From: Bacteroidota bacterium
GTDB lineage: Bacteria; Bacteroidota; Bacteroidia; UBA7662; CANHCV01
NCBI GenBank assembly: GCA_947501265.1
Contig: CANMVY010000010.1
Location: forward strand, 19,569-83,568
DNA: 64,000 bases
Direction of reading: 5' to 3'
Shown: piece after piece, positions 30,713 to 41,129 of the stretch
Position numbering within the stretch: the first letter of the stretch is position 1
How the letters are laid out: each line of letters opens with the position of its first letter
The notes under the pieces: model-generated
The model's database searches: none
What the model saw: the letters and a program-made list of their open reading frames with translations, nothing else
What the model was told of the DNA's origin: nothing
Made by a program: the position numbers and the translations under genes

Positions 30713-30800
30713 CGGAGACGGAGAGATTCGAACTCTCGATACGCTTTTGGCGTATACACACTTTCCAGGCGTGCTCCTTCAGCCACTCGGACACGTCTCC
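30713..30800 (-). tRNA. tRNA-Ser(GGA)
   Basis: GGAGACG acceptor stem, TCCGAGTGGCTGAAGGA D-arm, CTGGAAA anticodon loop, long variable arm, GTTCGAATC T-loop; CCA not encoded. Confidence 0.97.
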
Positions 30801-30908
30801 AGGAATGAGGGGCAAAAATAGCTGATTTTTTTAACCCTACCAAGTTTACCCAGAAATAAACCATTTTTTTGCCTTTCTCGTTTTACATTTGTAACTCCAA
30901 TTCAATCC

Positions 30909-31217
30909 ATGATTACCATATCCGAAAAAGCCGCTAACCAAGTAAAAAGCCTGCAAAACAACAAGGCCGTGCGCGTTTCTGTCACCTCCGGTGGCTGTTC
31001 GGGGCTAACGTATCAGCTCGATTTTGTGGATGCCCCCGCCCCCAACGACGAGGTTTTTGTGCTGCACAACATTACCCTTTGTTGCGATAAAAAAAGCTTT
31101 TTCTACCTCATCGGAACCGAACTCGACTTCTCCGACGGACTTCAAGGAAAAGGATTCTTTTTCAATAACCCCAATGCATCCCGCACCTGCGCTTGCGGAG
31201 AAAGTTTTTCCCTCTAA
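30909..31217 (+). CDS. iscA: HesB/IscA Fe-S cluster assembly accessory protein
   Basis: GGCSG, LDFSDGL-x-GKGF-x-F-x-NPNA, TCACGESFS. Confidence 0.93.
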   Translation: MITISEKAANQVKSLQNNKAVRVSVTSGGCSGLTYQLDFVDAPAPNDEVFVLHNITLCCDKKSFFYLIGTELDFSDGLQGKGFFFNNPNASRTCACGESFSL

Positions 31218-31223
31218 ACCCCA

Positions 31224-33326
31224 GTGCAACTCCTCTCTCCATTTTCCCCTCTTTGGTACGGATTGGCCGCCCTCCTTTCCTTTGGCATCGCCACCTTATT
31301 CTACTATTTTAAACCTCAAAAATCCTACCCTAACCCGTGGATTCAACGAGGCCTTTTCCTCCTGAAATCTTTATCTACCTTTCTCCTTCTCCTCCTTTTC
31401 ATCAATCCCATCCTTCGAAAAAACAACCGGGTGGTGCAAAAACCCATCATCGGAATTTTAGTCGATCAATCCCAATCCATTGCGCTGCAACCCCAAGGGA
31501 AAACCTACACCCAAGAAATTCCCGAGAAAATCAGAAAGATAAAAGAGAAACTTGAAGGCAATTTCGAGGTAAAAACGTTTTCTTTTTCCAACGAATTGGC
31601 CGATTCTCTCGCACCGCGTTGGAGCGGAAACGCCTCCAACCTCGGCAAGGCCCTGGAGCAATTCCAGGAAAAACTCGAAGGCCAAAATGTTGGGGCACTC
31701 CTCATGGTTTCCGACGGAATCGTTAATCAAGGAAAAAATCCATGGTACGTTGCTCAACAATTGCCGTATCCCATTTTCCCGTTGGCCTTGGGAGACACCA
31801 CTCCCCAGAAAGATTTGGCCATTCAATCCATCAAACACAACGAAATTGTGCTGAAAGGAAACGAATTCCAATCGGTATTTTCCATTTCTGCCAAAGCGCT
31901 ATCCGGTAAAACGGCTTCCTATTCCCTTCAGAAAATTACCAATAATAATCAGCCTTCACCCGTTAAAACCGGGAATTTCCCCATTCAACAAGATCAATTT
32001 CAAACCAACATTTCGGTGCAACTTCCCGCTAACGAAGCCGGATTGTTGCATTACCGATTAACCCTTGCAACCGTTGGGGGCGAAAAAAATACCCAGAACA
32101 ACACCAAAGATTTTTTTGTTGAAGTGATCGACGATCGCGCCCGAATTCTTCTTCTGGCATCCGCTCCACATCCCGACGTGGCAACCGTTCGTCAAATTCT
32201 CTCCCAAAAACAATCGATGGAAGTGGTTGTAAAAAATCCGGAATCGGGCAACATCAACCTTTCCAATTTCGATGCGGTGATTTGCTTTCAGCTGCCATCC
32301 ATCAACGGAAACGATCAAATCGTTCAGCAAATTCGCCAAAGTCAACTTCCGGTTTGGTACATCGGAGGAAACCAAACAGCCTATTCCCGCCTCAATGCTC
32401 TTCAAGGATTAATTTCGGTGCGGCCGGCGGGAAAATCGCTTTCCAACGAAATTACCCCCATTCCCAATGCCCAATTCTCCCTTTTCGGACTTTCTGAAAA
32501 ATGCACCCAACGCCTTTCATCTTTCCCGCCTCTTCAAGTGCCTTACGGCGATTATTCCGTCCAAGGAAATGCAGCGGTTCTTTTCCAACAACAAATTAAA
32601 TCGGTTCCCACTTCCATGCCGCTTCTCGCCTACGGAGATCAGCAAGGCGTTCGACAGGCCGTTTTGGTGGGCGAAGGAATTTGGAAATGGTACCTCGACG
32701 AATACGAACAATTTGGCGATCACGCCGCAGTAGACGAATGGGTTTCAAAAACGGTACAATACCTCGCCCTAAAACAAAACAAAAAGATTTTTCGAGCGAA
32801 ATCAGATCGACTCATTTACGAAGAAGGCAACGAAGTTTTGTTCACGGCAGAATTGTTCAACAAAAACTACGAAGCGGTGAATGAGGCAGATGTTCAGCTT
32901 ACACTCACCAATGCAAAAGGCAAAACTTTTGTTTTTTCCATGGGCAAAACCGACCAGAAATACCTCGCCAATGTTGGAAAATGGCCGGAAGGAAAATACC
33001 AATACGAAGCGAAAACAACCTACCAAGGAACCACCTACATCGAAAAAGGAGCGTTTTCAGTTCAAGGAACCGCCCTCGAAGCCGCAATAACCCAAGCCAA
33101 TTGGACCACCTTGCGAAATTTAGCCGCTCCTCAAAAAGGCCGGCTTTACCCCTACAACGAGTGGGAAAAAGTGGTCTCCGATTTGGAAAATCGCCCCGAC
33201 CTCAAACCGGTTAGTTACATGGAGCTCTTGCTCACCGAAATCTTAGACGTGCCTTTCCTTTTGATCGCCATGTTGCTTCTTTGGTCGGCAGAATGGTTAT
33301 GGAGAAAATGGTTGGGACACGCTTAA
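31224..33326 (+). CDS. VWA-domain membrane protein (conserved Bacteroidota family)
   Basis: Two N-terminal TMs, DQSQS MIDAS, SDG-x-x-N-x-G, APHPD, GEGIWKW, C-terminal EWLWRK TM. Confidence 0.85.
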   Translation: MQLLSPFSPLWYGLAALLSFGIATLFYYFKPQKSYPNPWIQRGLFLLKSLSTFLLLLLFINPILRKNNRVVQKPIIGILVDQSQSIALQPQGKTYTQEIPEKIRKIKEKLEGNFEVKTFSFSNELADSLAPRWSGNASNLGKALEQFQEKLEGQNVGALLMVSDGIVNQGKNPWYVAQQLPYPIFPLALGDTTPQKDLAIQSIKHNEIVLKGNEFQSVFSISAKALSGKTASYSLQKITNNNQPSPVKTGNFPIQQDQFQTNISVQLPANEAGLLHYRLTLATVGGEKNTQNNTKDFFVEVIDDRARILLLASAPHPDVATVRQILSQKQSMEVVVKNPESGNINLSNFDAVICFQLPSINGNDQIVQQIRQSQLPVWYIGGNQTAYSRLNALQGLISVRPAGKSLSNEITPIPNAQFSLFGLSEKCTQRLSSFPPLQVPYGDYSVQGNAAVLFQQQIKSVPTSMPLLAYGDQQGVRQAVLVGEGIWKWYLDEYEQFGDHAAVDEWVSKTVQYLALKQNKKIFRAKSDRLIYEEGNEVLFTAELFNKNYEAVNEADVQLTLTNAKGKTFVFSMGKTDQKYLANVGKWPEGKYQYEAKTTYQGTTYIEKGAFSVQGTALEAAITQANWTTLRNLAAPQKGRLYPYNEWEKVVSDLENRPDLKPVSYMELLLTEILDVPFLLIAMLLLWSAEWLWRKWLGHA

Positions 33327-34357
33327 ATCCTATCCAAGCCGTTGGGCTCATGTCGGGAACCTCCTTGGACGGTATTGACTTGGCCTACGTGCATTTTTGG
33401 GAGGAAGATGGTTGGAAATTCAACCTTCAACACACCCATTACATTCCGTATTCCAACCCAGAAAAGACGGAGCTGCGCAACTTGATGGAGGTCCCATCGG
33501 CCGAATTGCTTTCGGCACATGCCCGATGGGGACAACGTTTCGGGCAGGAAATTCGAACTTGGTTGAACACCATTCAACAAACCCCGCATTTGATCGCTTC
33601 TCACGGACACACCATTTTCCATCAACCAGATCAAGGATTCACCTTTCAATTGGGCGATGGATACGCTTTGCAACGGGAAGTTGGTTTGCCGGTGGTGTTC
33701 GACTTCCGAAGCGCCGATGTGGCGGCCGGCGGACAAGGCGCCCCTTTGGTACCGTTCGGAGAGTTTCACTTGTTTCCCACCTACGAACATTTCCTAAACA
33801 TTGGGGGAATTGCCAACGGAAGCTCTCGCGGAAAGGATACCATGGTAGCCCGCGATATTTCCTTTGCCAACATGTGGTTCAACCATTCCTCCCAAAAACG
33901 GGGATGGGCGTTTGACGAAAACGGTGAAGGCGCAAAGCAAGGAGTGGTTTGTGGCTCGCTGTACTCCCAATTGTTGGAAGAATCGCTGTCCATTTCCGGT
34001 AGCTTATCGGCCGAATTAGCGATGAATAGCTTGAGGTGGATTGATGCTGCGGGGATATCGGCCGAAGATGAGCTGCGAACCGAATTGGAGGTCATGCTGG
34101 AAGTTTTTCGGCAGAAGTGGAATGTTCAAGGAACCGTGTTGGTAACCGGTGGGGGCGCAAAAAATACCTTTTTATTGGAGCGGATGAACCAAACCCTTTC
34201 GGCCAATTTTGTAGCAGCCACCTCAGAACTCATCGATTTTAAAGAGGCCCTTGTTTTCGCATTTCTTGGAGTCGTTCGAATCCGAGGAGAGAAGAATGTT
34301 TTCCCCTCGGTTACGGGTGCAAAATTTGCAACATCCGGAGGAATTTTCCTGCCATAA
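33308..34357 (+). CDS. anmK: Anhydro-N-acetylmuramic acid kinase
   Basis: GLMSGTSLDG, SHGHT, DFR, GGQGAPLVP, LNIGGIAN, KEALVFAFLG; start uncertain. Confidence 0.95.
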   Translation: MVGTRLNPIQAVGLMSGTSLDGIDLAYVHFWEEDGWKFNLQHTHYIPYSNPEKTELRNLMEVPSAELLSAHARWGQRFGQEIRTWLNTIQQTPHLIASHGHTIFHQPDQGFTFQLGDGYALQREVGLPVVFDFRSADVAAGGQGAPLVPFGEFHLFPTYEHFLNIGGIANGSSRGKDTMVARDISFANMWFNHSSQKRGWAFDENGEGAKQGVVCGSLYSQLLEESLSISGSLSAELAMNSLRWIDAAGISAEDELRTELEVMLEVFRQKWNVQGTVLVTGGGAKNTFLLERMNQTLSANFVAATSELIDFKEALVFAFLGVVRIRGEKNVFPSVTGAKFATSGGIFLP

Positions 34358-34392
34358 TACCGTTTTGGGGGTAATTTTACAAAAAACCTCCT

Positions 34393-34848
34393 ATGCCTAT
34401 CCCATCCATTTTTATTCCCGAAGAAACCGAAAAATTGGTTGCTCGAATTGAATCCTTAACGCCACAAAACCAACCTCTTTGGGGAAAAATGAGCGTTGCC
34501 CAAATGATGGCTCATTGCGCTATTCCCTATGAAATGGATCCGCAAAATCCACCTAAAATTGGGTTTTTCTTGAAATGGATGATGAGAAATTTCTTTAAAA
34601 AATCCATGCTAAGTGAGAAGCCTTACCAACACCATATTCAAACAGCGCCCCTTTTCCGAATGGTGAATGAAAAGGATTTTCAAGAAGAGAAAACCCGTCT
34701 TATTGCCCTTGTAAAAGCGAGCCACGCCATGGGCGAAGGATTTTACCAAGGGTTGCCTCATTACGCATTAGGGCGCTTAAGTTCGGAAGAGTGGAGCACC
34801 CTTTTGTACAAGCACCTCGACCACCATTTGAGGCAATTTGGTGCTTAA
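34393..34848 (+). CDS. DUF1569 (DinB-like) protein
   Basis: WGKMSVAQMMAHC, KHLDHHLRQFG. Confidence 0.9.
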   Translation: MPIPSIFIPEETEKLVARIESLTPQNQPLWGKMSVAQMMAHCAIPYEMDPQNPPKIGFFLKWMMRNFFKKSMLSEKPYQHHIQTAPLFRMVNEKDFQEEKTRLIALVKASHAMGEGFYQGLPHYALGRLSSEEWSTLLYKHLDHHLRQFGA

Positions 34849-34884
34849 TTCGAAATTTTTCGTACATTTACAAAAACCAATTTT

Positions 34885-35796
34885 ATGAAAAAAATTACTC
34901 TTTTGGCTGCGGTATTTGCCGCATTCGCCGCTTCTGCCCAAACCAAATTGGAGGGCCTTTCCCATCCAGAATCCGTTTGTTCCAACGGTAAATTCACCTT
35001 CGTTTCCAACCTGGGCGAAAAAGTAGAGCCCACCAAACGCGATGAAGATGGATTCATTTCCAAATTCGATGCAAAAGGTGCCGAAGTGAAAAAAGATTTC
35101 ATTTCAGGATTGAATGCTCCCAAAGGAATGGCCATCGTGAAAGATGTGTTGTACGTGGCCGATTTGGATCAAATTCGCGGATTTAAAATCAAAGATGGCA
35201 AAGAAGTATTCAACTTGGATTTGGCCGATATGGGCTCTACCTATTTGAATGATATCGTAATGATTGATGAGCAAACCTTGATCGTTTCTGCTACCGATAT
35301 TCACAAACTCATCAAAGTAAATTTGAAAACCAAAAAAGGCGAAGAACTTTCCATCGCCAAACTACCTTCCATGGGTTGCAACGGATTAACCTTCGATGCT
35401 GAAAAGAAAATGCTATTCGTTGTAGGAATGGGTGGTAAAGTAACAAAGGGAGATGATGTAGAAGATATCCTCGGCGAAATCGGCATGATCAACTTGGCGG
35501 CAGATCCTGCAAAATGGGCCTACAAGCGCATTGGTAAAGCAACCGGAATGTTCGATGGCATTGCCATTTACGACGAAAAAACGCTTATCGTTTCCGATTG
35601 GAGGGGTGGAGAAGGAAAAGGCTGCATGTGGAAAATCGACCGCATGTCGGGAAAACCCACCGAAGCCGTGAAAATGGGCGCCTATGCCGGCCCAGCCGAT
35701 TTTTACTTCAACGCCAAAGAAAATTCGGTGATGATTCCCGATCTTTTGGGCGACAGTGTTTATCCCGTAACCGTTGACTTTAGCATCAAGAAATAA
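34885..35796 (+). CDS. Secreted beta-propeller protein (SMP-30/gluconolactonase-like)
   Basis: Signal peptide, PES, VSN, DGFISK, GLNAPKGM, LND, NGL, DG repeats. Confidence 0.8.
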   Translation: MKKITLLAAVFAAFAASAQTKLEGLSHPESVCSNGKFTFVSNLGEKVEPTKRDEDGFISKFDAKGAEVKKDFISGLNAPKGMAIVKDVLYVADLDQIRGFKIKDGKEVFNLDLADMGSTYLNDIVMIDEQTLIVSATDIHKLIKVNLKTKKGEELSIAKLPSMGCNGLTFDAEKKMLFVVGMGGKVTKGDDVEDILGEIGMINLAADPAKWAYKRIGKATGMFDGIAIYDEKTLIVSDWRGGEGKGCMWKIDRMSGKPTEAVKMGAYAGPADFYFNAKENSVMIPDLLGDSVYPVTVDFSIKK

Positions 35797-36185
35797 TGGC
35801 AAGATCCGTCATCAAATCCCCCAACAGCCCCAACCCCATTGGGCCTTACAGCCATGCTGTTCAAATCAATGGCGCACAAGGGCTTATTTTTACGAGCGGA
35901 CAAGTGGCATTGAATGCCGAAACCGGAGAAATGGTGCAAGATTCGATTGCTTCCGAAACCAAACAAGTGATGGAGAATCTTGAAAAAATTCTGCATTCTG
36001 CCGGGGTTAGCTTTTCCGACGTAGCTAAATCAACCATTTTTTTAACCAATCTTGACGATTTTGCCGAGGTGAATGAGGTGTATGGAAGTTTCTTTCAGGG
36101 AGATTTCCCCGCGCGCGAAACGGTTCAGGTGGTTCGCCTTCCTCGCAATGCGCGCGTCGAAATTTCGATGATCGCCTCGCTTTAA
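35796..36185 (+). CDS. ridA: RidA/YjgF family enamine deaminase
   Basis: PIGPYS, SGQ, NEVY, PARETV-x-V-x-x-LP, VEI. Confidence 0.93.
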   Translation: MARSVIKSPNSPNPIGPYSHAVQINGAQGLIFTSGQVALNAETGEMVQDSIASETKQVMENLEKILHSAGVSFSDVAKSTIFLTNLDDFAEVNEVYGSFFQGDFPARETVQVVRLPRNARVEISMIASL

Positions 36186-36255
36186 CGTTAATTTTTTCCT
36201 AATACCGTAGCCCAAGGAGTTGAAAATCGCCTTGGGCTATTTAATTTGCCGAGGT

Positions 36256-36888
36256 ATGGAAGCACTCCAAGAATTTTTACGCTTCTTCAACGACCCTCAG
36301 CACATTATTGAAGCCGGAGGATTGCTGTTACTCATTTTCATCATTTTCATCGAAAATGGGTTGATCTTCGGATTGTTTTTTCCCGGAGATTCCCTTTTGT
36401 TTATTGCCGGTTTAATCGTTGCTACCCAACCCGAATTGCTTTCGATTGACCTCTCTTCCCTTCAAATTTCTTTGATTTTAGCCTCCATCCTGGGAAACGG
36501 TACCGGGTATTGGTTTGGAAAACGATGGGGGAAAAAATTGTACCAACGGCCGGATGGATTTCTTTTCAAACGAAAATACCTCGAAGCTACCGAGCAGTTT
36601 TACACCAAAAATGGCGGAAAAACCTTAATCATTGGAAAATTTTTGCCCTACATCCGAACCCTCGCCCCCATCATTGCGGGTGTTATTCGGGTTCCTTTGT
36701 TAACGTTTTGGATTTTCAACGTACTAGGATCAATCATTTGGGTCCTATCCCTAACCTCCTTGGGTTATTTCCTTGGAATTCAATTTCCGTGGATGAAAGA
36801 TTACGTGGAATGGATTGCGGTTTTTTTCGTTGTCTTCGCAAGTATTGCGGTGGTAAGAACCTATCAGAAAAACAAAAAATCTTCTTAA
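36256..36888 (+). CDS. DedA/VTT family membrane protein
   Basis: ENGL...PGDSLLF-x-AG, GYWFG, GKFLPYIRT-x-AP-x-x-AG. Confidence 0.92.
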   Translation: MEALQEFLRFFNDPQHIIEAGGLLLLIFIIFIENGLIFGLFFPGDSLLFIAGLIVATQPELLSIDLSSLQISLILASILGNGTGYWFGKRWGKKLYQRPDGFLFKRKYLEATEQFYTKNGGKTLIIGKFLPYIRTLAPIIAGVIRVPLLTFWIFNVLGSIIWVLSLTSLGYFLGIQFPWMKDYVEWIAVFFVVFASIAVVRTYQKNKKSS

Positions 36889-37364
36889 TTTCCCTTGATT
36901 AGGCTGTAGGGCAGCTCTTCCCGAAGATTTTTGGGTTCATATCCTTTCAATTGATGAAGAACACTGCTTTCCGGGAAAACCGAGTTTCGGGTTAACTCTT
37001 TTCCATCCATTCGAATCATTTCTTCCCGACCTTCTTTTTTGAAAACCCAGGTGTCGGGTTCCTCGGAGGGTTGAAGCAACAACGTATCCATTTTCTTAGA
37101 ATCAGCCGTTAGCTCTAAATACACCCATTTTCCATCCAATTGGGTTACCCGGAATGTTCGCATGCGTTTAATTCGCTGAAGCTCTTTTTTAGGAAGAACG
37201 TACGAAAAACCACCCCAAACCCCATCGTTCAATTTGTGCCATTCTTCAAAATAGAATTGCTTGTTGGTTTTCTCCAACCACCTCCCCTGTACCGCCTGTA
37301 AGAAGCGATCGTCTCCTCCAGAACATCCCCAAAGGGTGATCAGAAGAAACATCCAGCCTTTCAT
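36885..37364 (-). CDS. Hypothetical lipoprotein
   Basis: Lipobox LWGC, G-x-W and EEW motifs; coupled to upstream gene. Confidence 0.6.
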   Translation of the reverse strand: MKGWMFLLITLWGCSGGDDRFLQAVQGRWLEKTNKQFYFEEWHKLNDGVWGGFSYVLPKKELQRIKRMRTFRVTQLDGKWVYLELTADSKKMDTLLLQPSEEPDTWVFKKEGREEMIRMDGKELTRNSVFPESSVLHQLKGYEPKNLREELPYSLIKGN

Positions 37365-37705
37365 TTTCCGATGGAAATCGCTTGTTCCGACAATCGAACC
37401 AAATAAACAACCGGAGGTTCATCCCCTTGATCAAAGGAAACGGATGCAAATTTTTCGCTTTGCCAAACCACCTTGACCTGCTCTTGAGTTAAATCATTCC
37501 CATAAATTTCTACCTGAGCAGGAACCCGCTGCATTCCTTTTTTCTCGGCCACGATGGTACACGTCCACGGGTCGGCCCACAATTTCTCTCCTGAAATTTC
37601 AATGGAGGCATTTCCATCCGGTGAAACCGAACGAATGACTTCGGATTTTTTTCCGCACGAAACCAAGGCGAGAAGACCGAAAGAAAGGAGGAGGGATTTC
37701 ATCAT
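37361..37705 (-). CDS. Hypothetical lipoprotein
   Basis: MMKS...LVSC lipobox, SPDG; start overlaps surA stop. Confidence 0.65.
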   Translation of the reverse strand: MMKSLLLSFGLLALVSCGKKSEVIRSVSPDGNASIEISGEKLWADPWTCTIVAEKKGMQRVPAQVEIYGNDLTQEQVKVVWQSEKFASVSFDQGDEPPVVYLVRLSEQAISIGK

Positions 37706-39045
37706 TTTGCAGTAAAAAAGGTTAATCCAGGTAAATTTTGAAGGGATGGATCCAAGGTAATGTAACAAGTTTTCTTGTTCTTATTCATCCAGGTATCCAT
37801 TGATTTTTGCTTTTTTTCGGCGATGGCGGCGGCAGAAATGCGGGCGTAATCATCCTGCAAATTTGCTTGGTGTTGCTTGGTTTTGCTCTTCAACATGACG
37901 ATTCGAAAACCTTGTTTGTTCCGCTCTTCCAGCGGTTGAACCGGAGTAATTTCGCCTGGCTTGAGTTTTTCAATGATGAAGAATTGTTCGGGACCCAACT
38001 CCGCAGCGGTAAAGGTATTGGTTCCCGTATTGGGGTTTCGAAGAATGCCGCCGTTGCCTTTGGTCGCCTCGTCCTCGCTGTACTGTTTCACGGCCTGGGC
38101 CAAGGTTAGCGTCCCTTTTACCAGTTCTTTGCGAATGGAGTCCAACCGCAAACGCGCGAGCTCTTGATCGTCTTCTAAAAGGCTCGGTTTGATAAGAATG
38201 TGTCGGCAATTTACTCGATCTCCTTTTCGGTCGATCAGTTGAATGAGGTGGTAACCAAAGTCGGTTTTAATCACTTTCGAAACTTCCAACGGTTTTAATC
38301 TAAAGGCGGTGGCTTCAAATTCCGGAACCATATCACCCCGTCCGAAATAGCCCAAATCGCCGCCCTGTCGAGCGCTTCCATCTTGAGAATACAAACGGGC
38401 GGCGGTGGTAAAGCGGGTTTTACCAGATACCACGTCCTCCCTTATTTTATCCAATTGATTGATGGTGTACAACCGCTGTTCATCCGAAACTTGAGGATAG
38501 AGCACAATTTGTGCAATCTCGTATTCCGCATCGAACAGCGGAAGACTATCTACCGGAATATTCTGAAAATACGCCCGCACTTCTTTCGGACTAACCGACA
38601 CTCCTCCGGTTACTTTTTCCTGCATTTTTTCAGCGAGGATTTCTTCCCGTTCTTGTTCTTTGAATTCTTCTTTGATTTCGAGAACGGATTTGCCGTAGAA
38701 TTCTTCCAACTTTTCCGTTCCACCCATCATTTGGGCAAAATAGCGAATTTTTCGATCCAGCCGTTGCTCCACTTCTTCATCCTTTATCGGGAGTGAATCG
38801 AGTTCGGCTTGGCGAACCATCATTTTTCGAAGCATCAATTGATACAACAATGCACCCCGAACCGAATCGGTTACCTCCTGATTTTGGGAAATCATGCGCC
38901 CGATCTCCTTTTCAAAATCAGACTTTAAGATGATTTTATCGCCTACTTGAGCAATAATACCATCGGCCAATTTGGTATAAGCCACCGGTTGGGTCATTGC
39001 CTTGAACGACACCAAAATCAAAAATAAAATCCAAATCTTTTTCAT
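37702..39045 (-). CDS. surA: SurA-like parvulin peptidyl-prolyl isomerase
   Basis: DGIIAQVG-x-x-IILKSD, A-x-x-YSQD, GGDLG, MVPEFE, FGYHLI, RHIL. Confidence 0.92.
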   Translation of the reverse strand: MKKIWILFLILVSFKAMTQPVAYTKLADGIIAQVGDKIILKSDFEKEIGRMISQNQEVTDSVRGALLYQLMLRKMMVRQAELDSLPIKDEEVEQRLDRKIRYFAQMMGGTEKLEEFYGKSVLEIKEEFKEQEREEILAEKMQEKVTGGVSVSPKEVRAYFQNIPVDSLPLFDAEYEIAQIVLYPQVSDEQRLYTINQLDKIREDVVSGKTRFTTAARLYSQDGSARQGGDLGYFGRGDMVPEFEATAFRLKPLEVSKVIKTDFGYHLIQLIDRKGDRVNCRHILIKPSLLEDDQELARLRLDSIRKELVKGTLTLAQAVKQYSEDEATKGNGGILRNPNTGTNTFTAAELGPEQFFIIEKLKPGEITPVQPLEERNKQGFRIVMLKSKTKQHQANLQDDYARISAAAIAEKKQKSMDTWMNKNKKTCYITLDPSLQNLPGLTFFTAK

Positions 39046-39046
39046 G

Positions 39047-39862
39047 TTAATCCACCAATAAGTCGTACAAATCCAAGGAATCTCCCTTGTAAACATTCAA
39101 GTCAACGCCACCTTCAATTCCCTGAATCTCCGCACGATCCGAAAACTGCCAAAACTCCCACTCCTCTTCATCCAAGGAAAAGGTATTGGGTTGATAATGA
39201 GCAAACCAAATGGGATATTTACCGCCAAAATCGCGTTTGATAAACGCTTTGTAATACGCCCGATTGGTATAGATGATGGGTTTTACCCCGTAATATTCTT
39301 CGGCCATTTTCAACCACTTTCGGCACAATGCAGACAGCTGAGCATCCGTGTAACCGAGGCGTTGTTCTACGTCTAGAACCGGTGGCAAATCGCCCGGATC
39401 CAAGGTAACGTGTTTGACAAAATTTTTAAACTGCTCTTCTGCTGGTCGATTGGGGCGTAAAAAATGGTAGGCACCTCGCAACATCCCATACTTTCTGCAC
39501 AACTGCCAATTCCGATCGAACAATTCGTCTTTTCGGGTGGCGCCCTCGGTGGCTTTCAGAAACGCAAACGTAACGTACAAATCGGAGCCATGGGAAGCTC
39601 GAACTTTTTTCCAGTTGATTTTTCCTTGATGTCGGGAAACATCTATGCCGTAAACCGAAAATCCTTGGGGAATGGAAACCCCAAACCCGCGAGCATTTCC
39701 GCCTACTGCCGTTAAATTGGCAGCCGGATACTTTCGAAGAACGGCTTTCCCGGTTGGAAACAAAAAGGCTACGAATGCAACGAATAGGCCAATGGCAATC
39801 AAGCCATAAAACCTTTGAGAACCGGGTGCAGATTTCTTTTTTCCTTTCAAACTCACAAACAA
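39047..39862 (-). CDS. Glycoside hydrolase family 25 lysozyme
   Basis: GIDVSRHQG, KATEG, GAYHF, PPVLDVE, WQF, VDLN. Confidence 0.95.
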   Translation of the reverse strand: MFVSLKGKKKSAPGSQRFYGLIAIGLFVAFVAFLFPTGKAVLRKYPAANLTAVGGNARGFGVSIPQGFSVYGIDVSRHQGKINWKKVRASHGSDLYVTFAFLKATEGATRKDELFDRNWQLCRKYGMLRGAYHFLRPNRPAEEQFKNFVKHVTLDPGDLPPVLDVEQRLGYTDAQLSALCRKWLKMAEEYYGVKPIIYTNRAYYKAFIKRDFGGKYPIWFAHYQPNTFSLDEEEWEFWQFSDRAEIQGIEGGVDLNVYKGDSLDLYDLLVD

Positions 39863-39892
39863 ACGGATTTGAATCGATGAACGATGCTTAAC

Positions 39893-41086
39893 TTAAACAA
39901 AATACTTTTGATGAAATCTCCACCAAATATCGGGTAGTTCCCCTTGGGTGGAAGCCACGAGGTAATCGTTGTAGGTGCAGGGCACCATTTTGATGTTTTC
40001 AAAGGTTTCATTTCCGCGACCAGCAGGAACTTCAATCCACCAACGATCGGTTTTTCGGCTTTTATGAAAGACCAAAGAGTGGTTTCCTTCTTGATCAATA
40101 TCCACCAAATAGCGGGAAAAATTGGCGCTATTGGCCGTTGGAATATCGTTCACACGTCCAAAATAACCCTCCATGAAATACCAAAGAATATCGGCAGCTG
40201 ATTTAGCGCTGTGTTTCTGTTGATCCAAAAGCGGATTGTAATTGTATAAGCCGAAGGACGTTAATCGGTCTGACATTCCTGCGTAACGAGCCAATTGGCA
40301 GGCTTCGTCGTTCGATAGTCCGTTGGCGGGTGCGTGAGCATTGGCGCCAAACTCCGAGGCGCGAATGGCCGAAACGTCGAAAAAAACAACATCAGCACCG
40401 CGCAAATGAGGTTCGGCAATCTTAATGTCTTCCCTCAATTTTCCAACCCGAACGGCATCAAAAAACAAACGCTCGATCATCTCCAAATGCAAATGCGGAT
40501 TCAGGTGGGTTTGGTATCCCAAGTTCACCAAATTGAAGAGGAAACACTGCTGATGCATGATGATTCGGTACAGGAAATTTTCGTCGTTGGTAGGGTCGGT
40601 TTCCAACATCGGTTCCTTCATATCGAGCTTGGAGTCGATGGAAACCACGTCCAACATTTTCTTGGAGAACTCGTAGGCGGCGTATTGAGCGAAGGCTACG
40701 TGATTGGATCCTCCGATGATGATGGGCAGAACATTGATGCGCAACAGCCGCTCAACGGCATTTTTTACCGCAAAAAAGGTGTCGGCATCGGTTTCGCCGG
40801 CTCGAATGTTTCCAAGGTCAACCACTTTTCGCATGCCGGCGATGGAACAGAGCGAATACAATTGCTTGCGAATCGCATCCGGTGCCATTTCGGTTTCGGC
40901 ATTCCGTTCGTTTCCACGTCCTTCTTGCACACCAATGATGGCGATTTCCGCGTTTTCAGCTTCCGGAAAAGAACTTCCTTCCAAGTAAATTTCTACATTT
41001 TGAGCCAATGTAAACGGGTCTTGAAGGCAATTTTCCTCCAAAACCGTAGCGGAGAGGGGAGTAAAATAAAAATCAATGGTTGACAT
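39893..41086 (-). CDS. Arginase/formimidoylglutamase-family protein with degenerate metal site
   Basis: DLGNI, PIIIGGS, SIDSKLD, ARYAG; C-terminal RWWIEV/PCT extension. Confidence 0.85.
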   Translation of the reverse strand: MSTIDFYFTPLSATVLEENCLQDPFTLAQNVEIYLEGSSFPEAENAEIAIIGVQEGRGNERNAETEMAPDAIRKQLYSLCSIAGMRKVVDLGNIRAGETDADTFFAVKNAVERLLRINVLPIIIGGSNHVAFAQYAAYEFSKKMLDVVSIDSKLDMKEPMLETDPTNDENFLYRIIMHQQCFLFNLVNLGYQTHLNPHLHLEMIERLFFDAVRVGKLREDIKIAEPHLRGADVVFFDVSAIRASEFGANAHAPANGLSNDEACQLARYAGMSDRLTSFGLYNYNPLLDQQKHSAKSAADILWYFMEGYFGRVNDIPTANSANFSRYLVDIDQEGNHSLVFHKSRKTDRWWIEVPAGRGNETFENIKMVPCTYNDYLVASTQGELPDIWWRFHQKYFV

Positions 41087-41129
41087 ACCTTCAAAAATAC
41101 GGGATTATCGCGGGCTGTTCAATGGAAAA

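Noticed and set aside
30586-30864. 92-aa ORF from the track
   Set aside because: Spans tRNA-Ser and its terminator; spurious
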